From: a virus
Strand: one strand, 5' to 3'
Virus record (IMG/VR): IMGVR_UViG_3300045988_146884
Length of the DNA: 32,557 nt
The stretch's first letter is position 1. Each line of letters starts with the position of its first letter. The position numbers and the translations under genes are program-made. Shown here piece after piece: positions 17,709 through 24,033 of the stretch. The notes beneath the pieces are model-generated. The model was not told where the DNA came from. It saw only the letters and a list, made by a program, of their open reading frames with translations, and did no database searches.

Positions 17709-17983
17709 TATTCCTTCTCCTTTATAGTCTTGAACGTAGCTCGTGCACCATGTGTATACGGAATTTCCTTTATCCTGTCATCTCCGTGTATCGCCGCATA
17801 GTTTTTTATGCATTCATCGATAGATCGACCAACTGTTACAGTCTGACTTTTATTATCGGTTGCTACCCATTGCCGTGTCCGTAAAAAGAAGCTTCCTTTG
17901 CCTTCCATAGTGGCAACCAGTTCACCATCTCTATGTATATCTAGTTTAGAAAAATTAATTGAGTGCAATGTGTATATAGCCAT
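17708..17983 (-). CDS. Hypothetical protein, 91 aa
   Basis: ATG ORF translationally coupled on both sides. No motif recognised. Confidence 0.6.
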   Translation of the reverse strand: MAIYTLHSINFSKLDIHRDGELVATMEGKGSFFLRTRQWVATDNKSQTVTVGRSIDECIKNYAAIHGDDRIKEIPYTHGARATFKTIKEKE

Positions 17984-18177
17984 TATTTCTTTTCCTTCCT
18001 AGTATTCCATGCTACGTATTCGCGTGCTGCGAGCGCTGCGGCTGCCATTGCGAAGATTCCGTATGCCATTTGCTCTGCGTCGAACTCCATGATGCTTAGG
18101 GTTGGGGTGCATACGATTACTGATGCCGCTATGACTACTGTGCTAATGATTATTGCGGTGATGATTGCTTTTTTCAT
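17983..18177 (-). CDS. Small membrane protein, 64 aa
   Basis: The ATG is preceded by the early-type SD (ggaaaggaaaaggaaATG on the minus strand). It has two hydrophobic segments (AIITAIIISTVVIAASVIV and YGIFAMAAAALAA). Confidence 0.6.
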   Translation of the reverse strand: MKKAIITAIIISTVVIAASVIVCTPTLSIMEFDAEQMAYGIFAMAAAALAAREYVAWNTRKEKK

Positions 18178-18201
18178 TTCCTTTTCCTTTCCTATATCTC
18201 T

Positions 18202-18249
18202 AGTGTATCACCTCCTACCAACAAAACCAAGCCGGCAGAGGGTGATATG
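18202..18249 (-). promoter_or_regulatory. Minus-strand copy of the hairpin plus extended -10 element
   Basis: Read on the minus strand: TATCACCCTCTGCC-ggcttggttttgtt-GGTAGGAGGTGATACACT. The -35-like TTGGTT lies in the loop and TGATACACT at the 3' arm. Confidence 0.6.
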
Positions 18250-18257
18250 TATCATAT

Positions 18258-18611
18258 TTAGTTATAGTATTCAGGAATGCGATCCAGGATTAGTGTATCT
18301 ACATCAGCAGGTAGCCCCTCAATAACATCAGCCTCCCAAGGTAATACGCTGAGAATATCAGCATATTTACTAGCATCGGTCATTGTGATTATGGCATTCG
18401 CTATGTTTTCCTCAGGTAGTTCAAACGTTGCTGCGGCTATAGGCTTATTTTTCATGTCGCCGCGTCGAGTGAATATTTCGACAGCCCCACTAGCTAACCT
18501 ACGGAATGTGTATATGAGCCTATCTTCATCTTGCTTACGCCTATAAAGCACAACAAGTTCTTTATGATCGAAGCGGAATAGCAGATAAGGCGGATCGTGT
18601 TTACTGCCCAT
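18258..18611 (-). CDS. Hypothetical protein, 117 aa
   Basis: ATG ORF overlapping the upstream gene by 11 nt. No motif recognised. Confidence 0.6.
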   Translation of the reverse strand: MGSKHDPPYLLFRFDHKELVVLYRRKQDEDRLIYTFRRLASGAVEIFTRRGDMKNKPIAAATFELPEENIANAIITMTDASKYADILSVLPWEADVIEGLPADVDTLILDRIPEYYN

Positions 18612-18930
18612 TGTCTCGCTCTTCTAGAACCATGTGGATAATCATGTCATGCCTGTTGCCGTTTACCAACTCTAGCTTTGTTTTAGAGCGTTGTACCTGC
18701 ATGCCGTATCGCTCAAGCGCAATGTTTATCAAGTCCTCTATACGCTGTGTGCGCCATACGATCTTTGAGGTGCGCGGCATATCGTACTCGTCGAGCACCT
18801 GCGCGATTGCCGAGTAGTGCGCGTATGAGTTTTTGAATGCTGCCTGCGATAGGCGGGATGTGTCTAGCGCGGCGGTGTTGCCTATGACTTTTACGGTTAT
18901 TACGTGGTGGAGAATGTTTTTATTGCTCAT
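18601..18930 (-). CDS. Hypothetical protein, 109 aa
   Basis: ATG ORF overlapping its neighbours by 11 nt on each side. No motif recognised. Confidence 0.6.
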   Translation of the reverse strand: MSNKNILHHVITVKVIGNTAALDTSRLSQAAFKNSYAHYSAIAQVLDEYDMPRTSKIVWRTQRIEDLINIALERYGMQVQRSKTKLELVNGNRHDMIIHMVLEERDNGQ

Positions 18931-19210
18931 CTTTCGCCTCGATTGAGAAGTGGATGTCTGCGTATTTTTCAGCGGGCTGTTTTTTATCTGGCACTACTCG
19001 CACCCTACAGCCCTCAAATGCGGCTTCCACGACATCCCAGGCGGCTAAACGGATGGTTAGGCGGCTAGAGTATGATTTGAGGATGGTTAGCTCTTTCAGC
19101 GCGTTTCCTAGGCGCGTATGCTCTTCAAAGGTTAGGTCTGTTGTGTTAGCAGGCTTTACCTCGACAGTACCATCTTTGCTTACTGCGGGTTGTAGGCTGA
19201 TTTTACGCAT
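18920..19210 (-). CDS. Hypothetical protein, 96 aa
   Basis: ATG ORF in the coupled leftward operon. No motif recognised. Confidence 0.6.
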   Translation of the reverse strand: MRKISLQPAVSKDGTVEVKPANTTDLTFEEHTRLGNALKELTILKSYSSRLTIRLAAWDVVEAAFEGCRVRVVPDKKQPAEKYADIHFSIEAKDEQ

Positions 19211-19508
19211 AGAATTTCACAACTTTCTGCTGTGCGATTTCGTAGCGCAGATCGGCTACTAGGTTTTCTAGTGATGTGTGCAGGATGAATTTCATTGCTC
19301 GTGCGTAGCCTCGCTGTTTAGCGAGGATGCCGTTTCCTGCGATTGTGGTGTACTTTTCGGCAACTTTTTTGGCGGTTGCGTATGAGCAGTACTTGCCGTG
19401 CTGACGGAATACTTTAGTGAGCTTTTGCGCCAAGTGCTCGAATGTGTCGGCGTGAATCAGAATGTATTTCATGTATTTAATCATGGCATTACATAGGTCT
19501 GGATGCAA
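19203..19508 (-). CDS. Hypothetical protein, first gene of the leftward operon (93-101 aa, start uncertain)
   Basis: The track start at 19508 is TTG. In-frame ATGs lie at 19484 and 19472. None has a clear SD, so the transcript may have a short leader or none. Confidence 0.5.
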   Translation of the reverse strand: MHPDLCNAMIKYMKYILIHADTFEHLAQKLTKVFRQHGKYCSYATAKKVAEKYTTIAGNGILAKQRGYARAMKFILHTSLENLVADLRYEIAQQKVVKFYA

Positions 19509-19534
19509 GCTGTTTTTGTGTGTTTATTGTCACG

Positions 19535-19574
19535 CATATATCTGGTGTAGCACCATACACTAATGTGATATATT
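19535..19574. promoter_or_regulatory. Divergent early control region with overlapping face-to-face promoters and nested palindromes
   Basis: Rightward: extended -10 TGaTATATT (19566-19574). Leftward: -35 TTAGTG (rc of 19558-19563), a 17-nt spacer, then -10 TATATG (rc of 19535-19540). Palindrome TGGTGtagCACCA (19543-19555) lies in the leftward spacer. It is flanked by ATATATC (19536-19542) and GATATAT (19567-19573). Confidence 0.45.
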
Positions 19575-19629
19575 GGATAACGAAAAAGCCCCCAAAGCAA
19601 AAGCCTTGGAGGCAATTCCGGAAAGGAAA

Positions 19630-19719
19630 ATGAAACAGAAAGGATGTCCCGGTGAATATTATACACCATTTCGACTACCAACACTCATTCACCATGATCC
19701 CGAACCAAATCCTGCGTGA
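19630..19719 (+). CDS. Possible 29-codon upstream/leader ORF overlapping the start of the replication gene
   Basis: ATG 19630 sits directly behind the early-gene start motif GGAAAGGAAAATG. It is in a different frame from 19652..20617. Confidence 0.25.
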   Translation: MKQKGCPGEYYTPFRLPTLIHHDPEPNPA

Positions 19720-20617
19720 TTCAAGGCTTTCATGGGGTGCACGCGGGCTAATGGCGTTCATCGTCTCACAGAAGCCTGGATACTCACTCTCGCGGCAAGA
19801 ATTGATCGAGGCATCACCCATGGGGCGCATGGGAGTGAAATCTCTAATCGACGAATTGCAAGAGCTCGGGTATCTGGAGTTTTCACAGTCTCGCGAGGGT
19901 GGAAAATTTGGTGCTTCGATCATGGTTGCGAAGCTCCCGGGTGTCTCACATAGTGAGCCGTTGTCAGGTTTACCGACAGCGGTTGAACCGTCGACGGTTT
20001 CGCTGCATACTCCTCTTAATACTAAAGTTATTAATAATACTAATTTACCCCCTATAGTCCCCCGTGACACTGAGGTGGCTCAGGTCACAGAGCCGCTACG
20101 CGCTGACGCGCTCGCTGATTGCGATGAACTCGGGACTGAATCTCTCGTGAGAATCAAGTCAGATACTCGTCAGTATTGGCGAAAAGCTGATGAGGTAGTC
20201 CAGGTATCCAACGCAAACACCCCTCAGAAGCCACAGAACGCCCCTCTAAGTGACTTTGATACGTTTTGGGCACTAGTTCCCAGGCGGATAGGAAAAAAGG
20301 CGGCAGAACGCGCCTGGAGGACTGTAGAGCGTCGCGGTGAGTCATTCGAGGCTATCGAGGGCATGCGGGCATATGCAGCCGCATTCGCACAGAGTGGCAC
20401 AGAGCTGAAATATGTTCCTCATCCGTCCACCTGGCTCAATCGTCGCGGATGGGAGGACGACCTAGAAGCCGTATTCCCCTCTCGGAAGCCACAGATGACC
20501 GAATGGGAGCAAAAGGCGGCTCAAATGGGTTATGACCTATCCGCACTAAAAAACGCCCCGCAAATCGCCGCACAGCGCTTTGAAGAAAATCGAAAGGAAA
20601 TTACCCAATGGAACTAA
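19652..20617 (+). CDS. Replication initiation / replisome-organiser-like protein (N-terminal winged-HTH, conserved C-terminal motif), 321 aa
   Basis: N-terminus: FTMIPNQILRDSRLSWGARGLMAFIVS...SRQELIE. C-terminus: FDTFWALVPRRIGKKAAERAW ... PHPSTWLNRRGWEDD. This pattern is typical of phage DnaD/replication-organiser proteins. It starts at GTG, with an alternative ATG at 19694. Confidence 0.6.
   Translation: MNIIHHFDYQHSFTMIPNQILRDSRLSWGARGLMAFIVSQKPGYSLSRQELIEASPMGRMGVKSLIDELQELGYLEFSQSREGGKFGASIMVAKLPGVSHSEPLSGLPTAVEPSTVSLHTPLNTKVINNTNLPPIVPRDTEVAQVTEPLRADALADCDELGTESLVRIKSDTRQYWRKADEVVQVSNANTPQKPQNAPLSDFDTFWALVPRRIGKKAAERAWRTVERRGESFEAIEGMRAYAAAFAQSGTELKYVPHPSTWLNRRGWEDDLEAVFPSRKPQMTEWEQKAAQMGYDLSALKNAPQIAAQRFEENRKEITQWN
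19986..20047. other. Candidate replication origin inside the replication gene linker
   Basis: A perfect 14-bp palindrome AACCGTCGACGGTT (19986-19999) is followed by an AT-rich tract (20016-20047). The tract holds TAATACTAA twice (20017-20025 and 20035-20043). Confidence 0.3.
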
Positions 20618-21156
20618 ACACAATGCGAGCGCTCTACACAATCGCCACCGGACTAGACCAGCGCCTAAAGCCCCTGCCTGATGAAATCCTTACTGTGTGG
20701 GCTGAGATTTGTGCGGAGGTGCCGGACAAGTATGCGCGCGAGGTGCAAAAGCGACTTTATTCAACGCGCCGCATATCTATTCTCCAACCGGGGGACATTT
20801 TGGAGACCTGGAAGGAAATGAAATCCGAGATTGATACGGCGATAGGTAAATGCTCTCGACTAGCGGCTAAATTCGATTCACTAGAGATCGAGGACAAACA
20901 TGACTACGAGACTGCTGTACGCGTATATGAGTCATGGAAGCGCGCCTATGCTGCTGTACCTGATTTTGTGCGTAGCGAGGTTGATTTGCGTGTGATCGAT
21001 GCGCCACGTCCACCGCGTGAGATTGAATCCGTTCCGCCGCCGCCTGAGTTGCGGGCGCTTGTGCGTAGCTTTGGCAAGACAGAGACAGGTTCTATGCGGC
21101 GCAGCGCGGTGGAGTGTGAGCGTGACAGGCAGATGCAAGCGCTGGAGAATATGTGA
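20608..21156 (+). CDS. Hypothetical early protein, 182 aa
   Basis: ATG overlaps the end of the upstream gene. SD GAAAGGA at 20592-20598. No motif recognised. Confidence 0.65.
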   Translation: MELNTMRALYTIATGLDQRLKPLPDEILTVWAEICAEVPDKYAREVQKRLYSTRRISILQPGDILETWKEMKSEIDTAIGKCSRLAAKFDSLEIEDKHDYETAVRVYESWKRAYAAVPDFVRSEVDLRVIDAPRPPREIESVPPPPELRALVRSFGKTETGSMRRSAVECERDRQMQALENM

Positions 21157-21162
21157 TGTATT

Positions 21163-21206
21163 TCATGCGATACTGGCTTTGTGTTACTGGTATTGCATGA
21201 TACACT
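21163..21206 (+). promoter_or_regulatory. Hairpin plus extended -10 element, copy with divergent arms
   Basis: TCATGCGATAC(tgg)-ctttgtgtta-(ctg)GTATTGCATGA followed by TACACT. It has the same geometry as the 23687 copy but different arm sequence. Confidence 0.55.
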
Positions 21207-21235
21207 TGAGGTATCGAACGAAAGGAAAGAAGAAA

Positions 21236-21631
21236 ATGAGCGAAACACTCGAAGGCGCAATCAGCCTAACCTACCGCCAGGACAAAAAAGCCGCATGGGT
21301 AGAACTACTGGAAGACATGCCCTTTGTGAAAGACTCTGAGAGTGGCAAGAAAGTAGTAGAAGCCACCGAAAACTTCATAAAGAATGGGCTTGCACGAGTC
21401 CAGGTAAAAGACGGCATCGTGTTCGAATCATCCGAGTACTGGCAGCAGATCATCGAGGGGCACCAGGAAATTATCAAGTCCCTAGAGAAATATCTAGCCA
21501 AAGAATTAGCTGAGCTTGTACCAGACGGGCATGAACTAGCCCTAGCCGAGGTGGCTGTGTACCGCGCCTATGTTGGTGAAGAATTTTGCACAGTCGAGGA
21601 TTACGAGGTAGGCACACGCAAAGTCTCCTAA
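21236..21631 (+). CDS. Hypothetical early protein, 131 aa
   Basis: ATG 21236 follows CGAAAGGAAAGAAGAAA. The upstream part of track ORF 20999.. overlaps the previous gene and the promoter element. Confidence 0.65.
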   Translation: MSETLEGAISLTYRQDKKAAWVELLEDMPFVKDSESGKKVVEATENFIKNGLARVQVKDGIVFESSEYWQQIIEGHQEIIKSLEKYLAKELAELVPDGHELALAEVAVYRAYVGEEFCTVEDYEVGTRKVS

Positions 21632-22005
21632 TGAAAGTAGTCATTGAGATACCGGATAGCCACCCGCTGCTGTCGATAAATCGCCTAATGTCTGAGCATT
21701 GGCGCACTAGGCAGAAATCATCCAAATACTGGCGAAGAGCAGGGCGTGAGTCAGCACATAGCCTAGAAGTTTTGGAGCCACCTGTGGAATGTCATGTATA
21801 CATTTACAGAGCACGCGCCGGGAGGTACGATCCGGGAAATTATTACCCTACAGCAAAGGCTATTCTGGATGGGATTGTGGACGCGGGGATACTCCCAGAT
21901 GACTCACAGGAATACCTAGATGGACCACACCTACATCATGGTGGTGTAGATAGAGAAAACCCGAGGCTTGAAATATTTTTCAGCCCATACGAAAGGAAAA
22001 AATAA
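21631..22005 (+). CDS. rusA: RusA-family Holliday junction resolvase, 124 aa
   Basis: TAATG coupling. Motifs: LLSINRLMSEHWRTR..., YDPGNYYPTAKAILDGIVDAGILPDDS. Confidence 0.8.
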   Translation: MKVVIEIPDSHPLLSINRLMSEHWRTRQKSSKYWRRAGRESAHSLEVLEPPVECHVYIYRARAGRYDPGNYYPTAKAILDGIVDAGILPDDSQEYLDGPHLHHGGVDRENPRLEIFFSPYERKK

Positions 22006-22328
22006 TGTCCGATCTGCAAGATTTGCGTATTGCGCTCAAGAATATTCAGCTGCTCGCTGATGAACTCACAGACAAGAATATTGGGCATCTCGAAGACCTG
22101 CACGACGAGATAGACCGCATTCGCGAGATGATTTCACCTGATAACCCAGAGAATATTATTAGCACTCTATTGACTGTGCGAGAGGTCGCAGAGATGGAGG
22201 AAATGACTCCGAACGGCGTGCGTAAGGCATGCAGTGCTGGTAAGTTGAAGCCTTTTAGGACTTCTGGTAATGATCGGCTTTTTGACCCGCAAGATGTATA
22301 TGCATGGTCGAACACCAGGGGTATTTAG
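22005..22328 (+). CDS. DNA-binding protein with a C-terminal excisionase/MerR-type HTH, 107 aa
   Basis: LLTVREVAEMEEMTPNGVRKACSAGKLKPFRTSGNDRLFDPQDVYAW resembles the HTH_17 family. Confidence 0.55.
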   Translation: MSDLQDLRIALKNIQLLADELTDKNIGHLEDLHDEIDRIREMISPDNPENIISTLLTVREVAEMEEMTPNGVRKACSAGKLKPFRTSGNDRLFDPQDVYAWSNTRGI

Positions 22329-22344
22329 TGACATATTTAACCAT

Positions 22345-22382
22345 ATATCGGCTTGGTTTTAGTCGGTAGAGGGTGATACACT
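22345..22382 (+). promoter_or_regulatory. Extended -10 promoter element, copy with only a short stem
   Basis: -35-like TTGGTT (22353-22358), an 18-nt spacer, then TGATACACT (22374-22382). Only a 7-bp stem, tatcggc/gtcggta, flanks the loop. Confidence 0.5.
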
Positions 22383-22407
22383 AGAGGTACAAGGAAAGGA
22401 AAGAAAA

Positions 22408-22914
22408 ATGACAGTAGGATACCTACTCCAAAACAGGTTCACAGGAAAAACCCTGCGAGTAATCACAGCCTTAGACGGGAAAAGCTACCTGGTAGCAAAA
22501 GACATTGACGAAATGTTCTTCAATGAGCAAGGACACTCGCGAACCCTAAAAGCACTCAAGTCAGGTGCGACACGCAAGAAATTCTCACTACCTAAGAAAC
22601 TTGCAGCTAATGAACGAACGCGCAAGCTAACAGCGATCACAACAGAAGATTTACTAGGCGCAACTGGAAAGCTTCGAGACGCGAGCATTGCGCAGGCTAT
22701 ACAAGACTTCTGTCTAGTGTTCAATGTTTTCATGATCGGCATAACCCATGAAGCCAAGGTAAAGTCTCGGAAATATGACGGTAAATGGTATGCAGATTGC
22801 AGCGTATGCGGAAGCATGAAACCCCTTAAGACACACCCGGAAATCATGCGAGCCTCCAACTTGCATATCAGAAAATTTCACCAATTCAAACTAGTAGCAA
22901 CGGCGGTAATCTAA
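22408..22914 (+). CDS. Bro-N domain protein (antirepressor-like) with a C-terminal Cys/His cluster, 168 aa
   Basis: N-terminus FTGKTLRVITALDGKSYLVAKDIDEMF matches the Bro-N pattern. The C-terminus carries CSVCG...HIRKFH. Confidence 0.55.
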   Translation: MTVGYLLQNRFTGKTLRVITALDGKSYLVAKDIDEMFFNEQGHSRTLKALKSGATRKKFSLPKKLAANERTRKLTAITTEDLLGATGKLRDASIAQAIQDFCLVFNVFMIGITHEAKVKSRKYDGKWYADCSVCGSMKPLKTHPEIMRASNLHIRKFHQFKLVATAVI

Positions 22915-22915
22915 A

Positions 22916-23257
22916 ATGGCAGGAAAAGAATACACAACCCACTGCGGTACATGCGGGTGCTTACGCGAAAACCGAACAAAAGGATGTACTCAGTGCAATA
23001 ATCGGCATCGCAAGTGGAAAATCGTAGGCGACATACGATATAAAGCACCAGAACCACCTAAATGTAAAGAGTGCGGAATTGACATGGCGGAAATAAACCC
23101 GGACTGCTCGATTTGCTGCAAGAGACATGAGAAACGCAAGTACAAGGAAGAGCGAATAACAGACCCTAACGAATATCGCAGTGCCGAACTAACTAAACAG
23201 TACTACGAAGCATGGGTGAAAGCGCGGAATGAACGCATCGCAAGACACAAGAGATAG
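22916..23257 (+). CDS. Cys-rich zinc-ribbon protein, 113 aa
   Basis: Four CxxC-type pairs are present (CGTCGC, CTQC, CKEC, CSICC), plus a basic C-terminus. Confidence 0.6.
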   Translation: MAGKEYTTHCGTCGCLRENRTKGCTQCNNRHRKWKIVGDIRYKAPEPPKCKECGIDMAEINPDCSICCKRHEKRKYKEERITDPNEYRSAELTKQYYEAWVKARNERIARHKR

Positions 23258-23279
23258 ATATCTACTGGGAGGCGACCAA

Positions 23280-23675
23280 ATGTCTAACCACTATCCCGAA
23301 ATCGACGGGCATAAGCTCACCTATTTCATTCATGAGCTGCCATTCTATCTAGGCAATATCATGAAATATGCATGGCGAGCACCTTATAAAGGTCGTATTG
23401 ACGACACTTTAAAGCTCCTAGATTATCTGGCTATGATCCGCTTCTCCTGGGTTGAATATAAGCTGTCAGATAGAGCAATGAGGTGCCTGTCTGAAATATC
23501 TAGCTATGATTTTTACTCTAATTTTGATGGGCTTGAGCGCATGCACCGTAGAGCTATTGCGGCTATTGCCGAATTGATTCTAGAAAATGAGGGTAGCGAC
23601 TCACTGTCTCTCGAGAGTGAAAAACAGGCTGTTTTGATAGTCTCTTCTTTACAGGTAGAACTACTTCATAATTAA
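23280..23675 (+). CDS. DUF3310-family protein, 131 aa
   Basis: ATG 23280 follows GGGAGG. The motif is HY..I......F..GNIMKYAWRAPYKG...DTLKLLDYL. Confidence 0.7.
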   Translation: MSNHYPEIDGHKLTYFIHELPFYLGNIMKYAWRAPYKGRIDDTLKLLDYLAMIRFSWVEYKLSDRAMRCLSEISSYDFYSNFDGLERMHRRAIAAIAELILENEGSDSLSLESEKQAVLIVSSLQVELLHN

Positions 23676-23686
23676 ATATGACACAC

Positions 23687-23777
23687 ATCACCCCCTACTG
23701 GCTTGGTTTAACCGGTAGGGGGTGATATACTAGAAATGTAGCCAGGAAGGGCTACACAACGAAAGGAAAGAAAAATG
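23687..23777 (+). promoter_or_regulatory. Archetypal hairpin, extended -10, leader stem-loop and start motif element
   Basis: The element runs in this order. First a 12-15 bp stem (ATCACCCCCTACtgg at 23687-23701 paired with ccgGTAGGGGGTGAT at 23712-23726). Then TGATATACT (23723-23731), and a 7-bp leader hairpin (TGTAGCC-aggaag-GGCTACA, 23737-23756). Last comes CGAAAGGAAAGAAAAATG. Confidence 0.6.
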
Positions 23778-23975
23778 AAACAGGCAACCTACACCACCCG
23801 CACCGAGGCAATCGAACGTGAAATCATTGAGGTAATCAGCGCAGGCGATGCAAACGCCAATGATTACAATGTTGAAGCCATTGCAGATTTAGTGATTGGT
23901 GACTACGAAGATGGATACGCACTCAAGGTTGACGAAAGTGACTTCTGGAGCATCGTAGCCGACAACGAAATCTAA
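23775..23975 (+). CDS. Small, highly acidic protein, 66 aa
   Basis: ATG sits behind the conserved start motif. The product is rich in D/E and poor in K/R. A 12-bp hairpin follows at 23988-24018. Confidence 0.65.
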   Translation: MKQATYTTRTEAIEREIIEVISAGDANANDYNVEAIADLVIGDYEDGYALKVDESDFWSIVADNEI

Positions 23976-23987
23976 ACAGTAATACAA

Positions 23988-24018
23988 AGTGCCGCAAGCC
24001 TAGGGCGCTTGCGGCACT
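23988..24018 (+). other. Perfect 12-bp stem-loop without a U-tract
   Basis: AGTGCCGCAAGC-ctagggc-GCTTGCGGCACT. No T-run follows on the + strand, so terminator function is uncertain. Confidence 0.5.
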
Positions 24019-24033
24019 ATCAATAAAAGGAAA

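Noticed and set aside
17304-22914. A lysogeny module (integrase, attP, CI/Cro pair, partition genes)
   Set aside because: No ORF is large enough or carries tyrosine or serine recombinase motifs, and no ParA/ParB-like genes are present. Only an excisionase-type HTH and a Bro-N protein are seen, and both are also common in lytic phages. Lifestyle cannot be called from the sequence alone.
23988-24018. The hairpin after the acidic gene as a confident intrinsic terminator
   Set aside because: The 12-bp stem is perfect, but no U-tract follows on the + strand (atcaataaaagg). It is reported only as a stem-loop of uncertain function.
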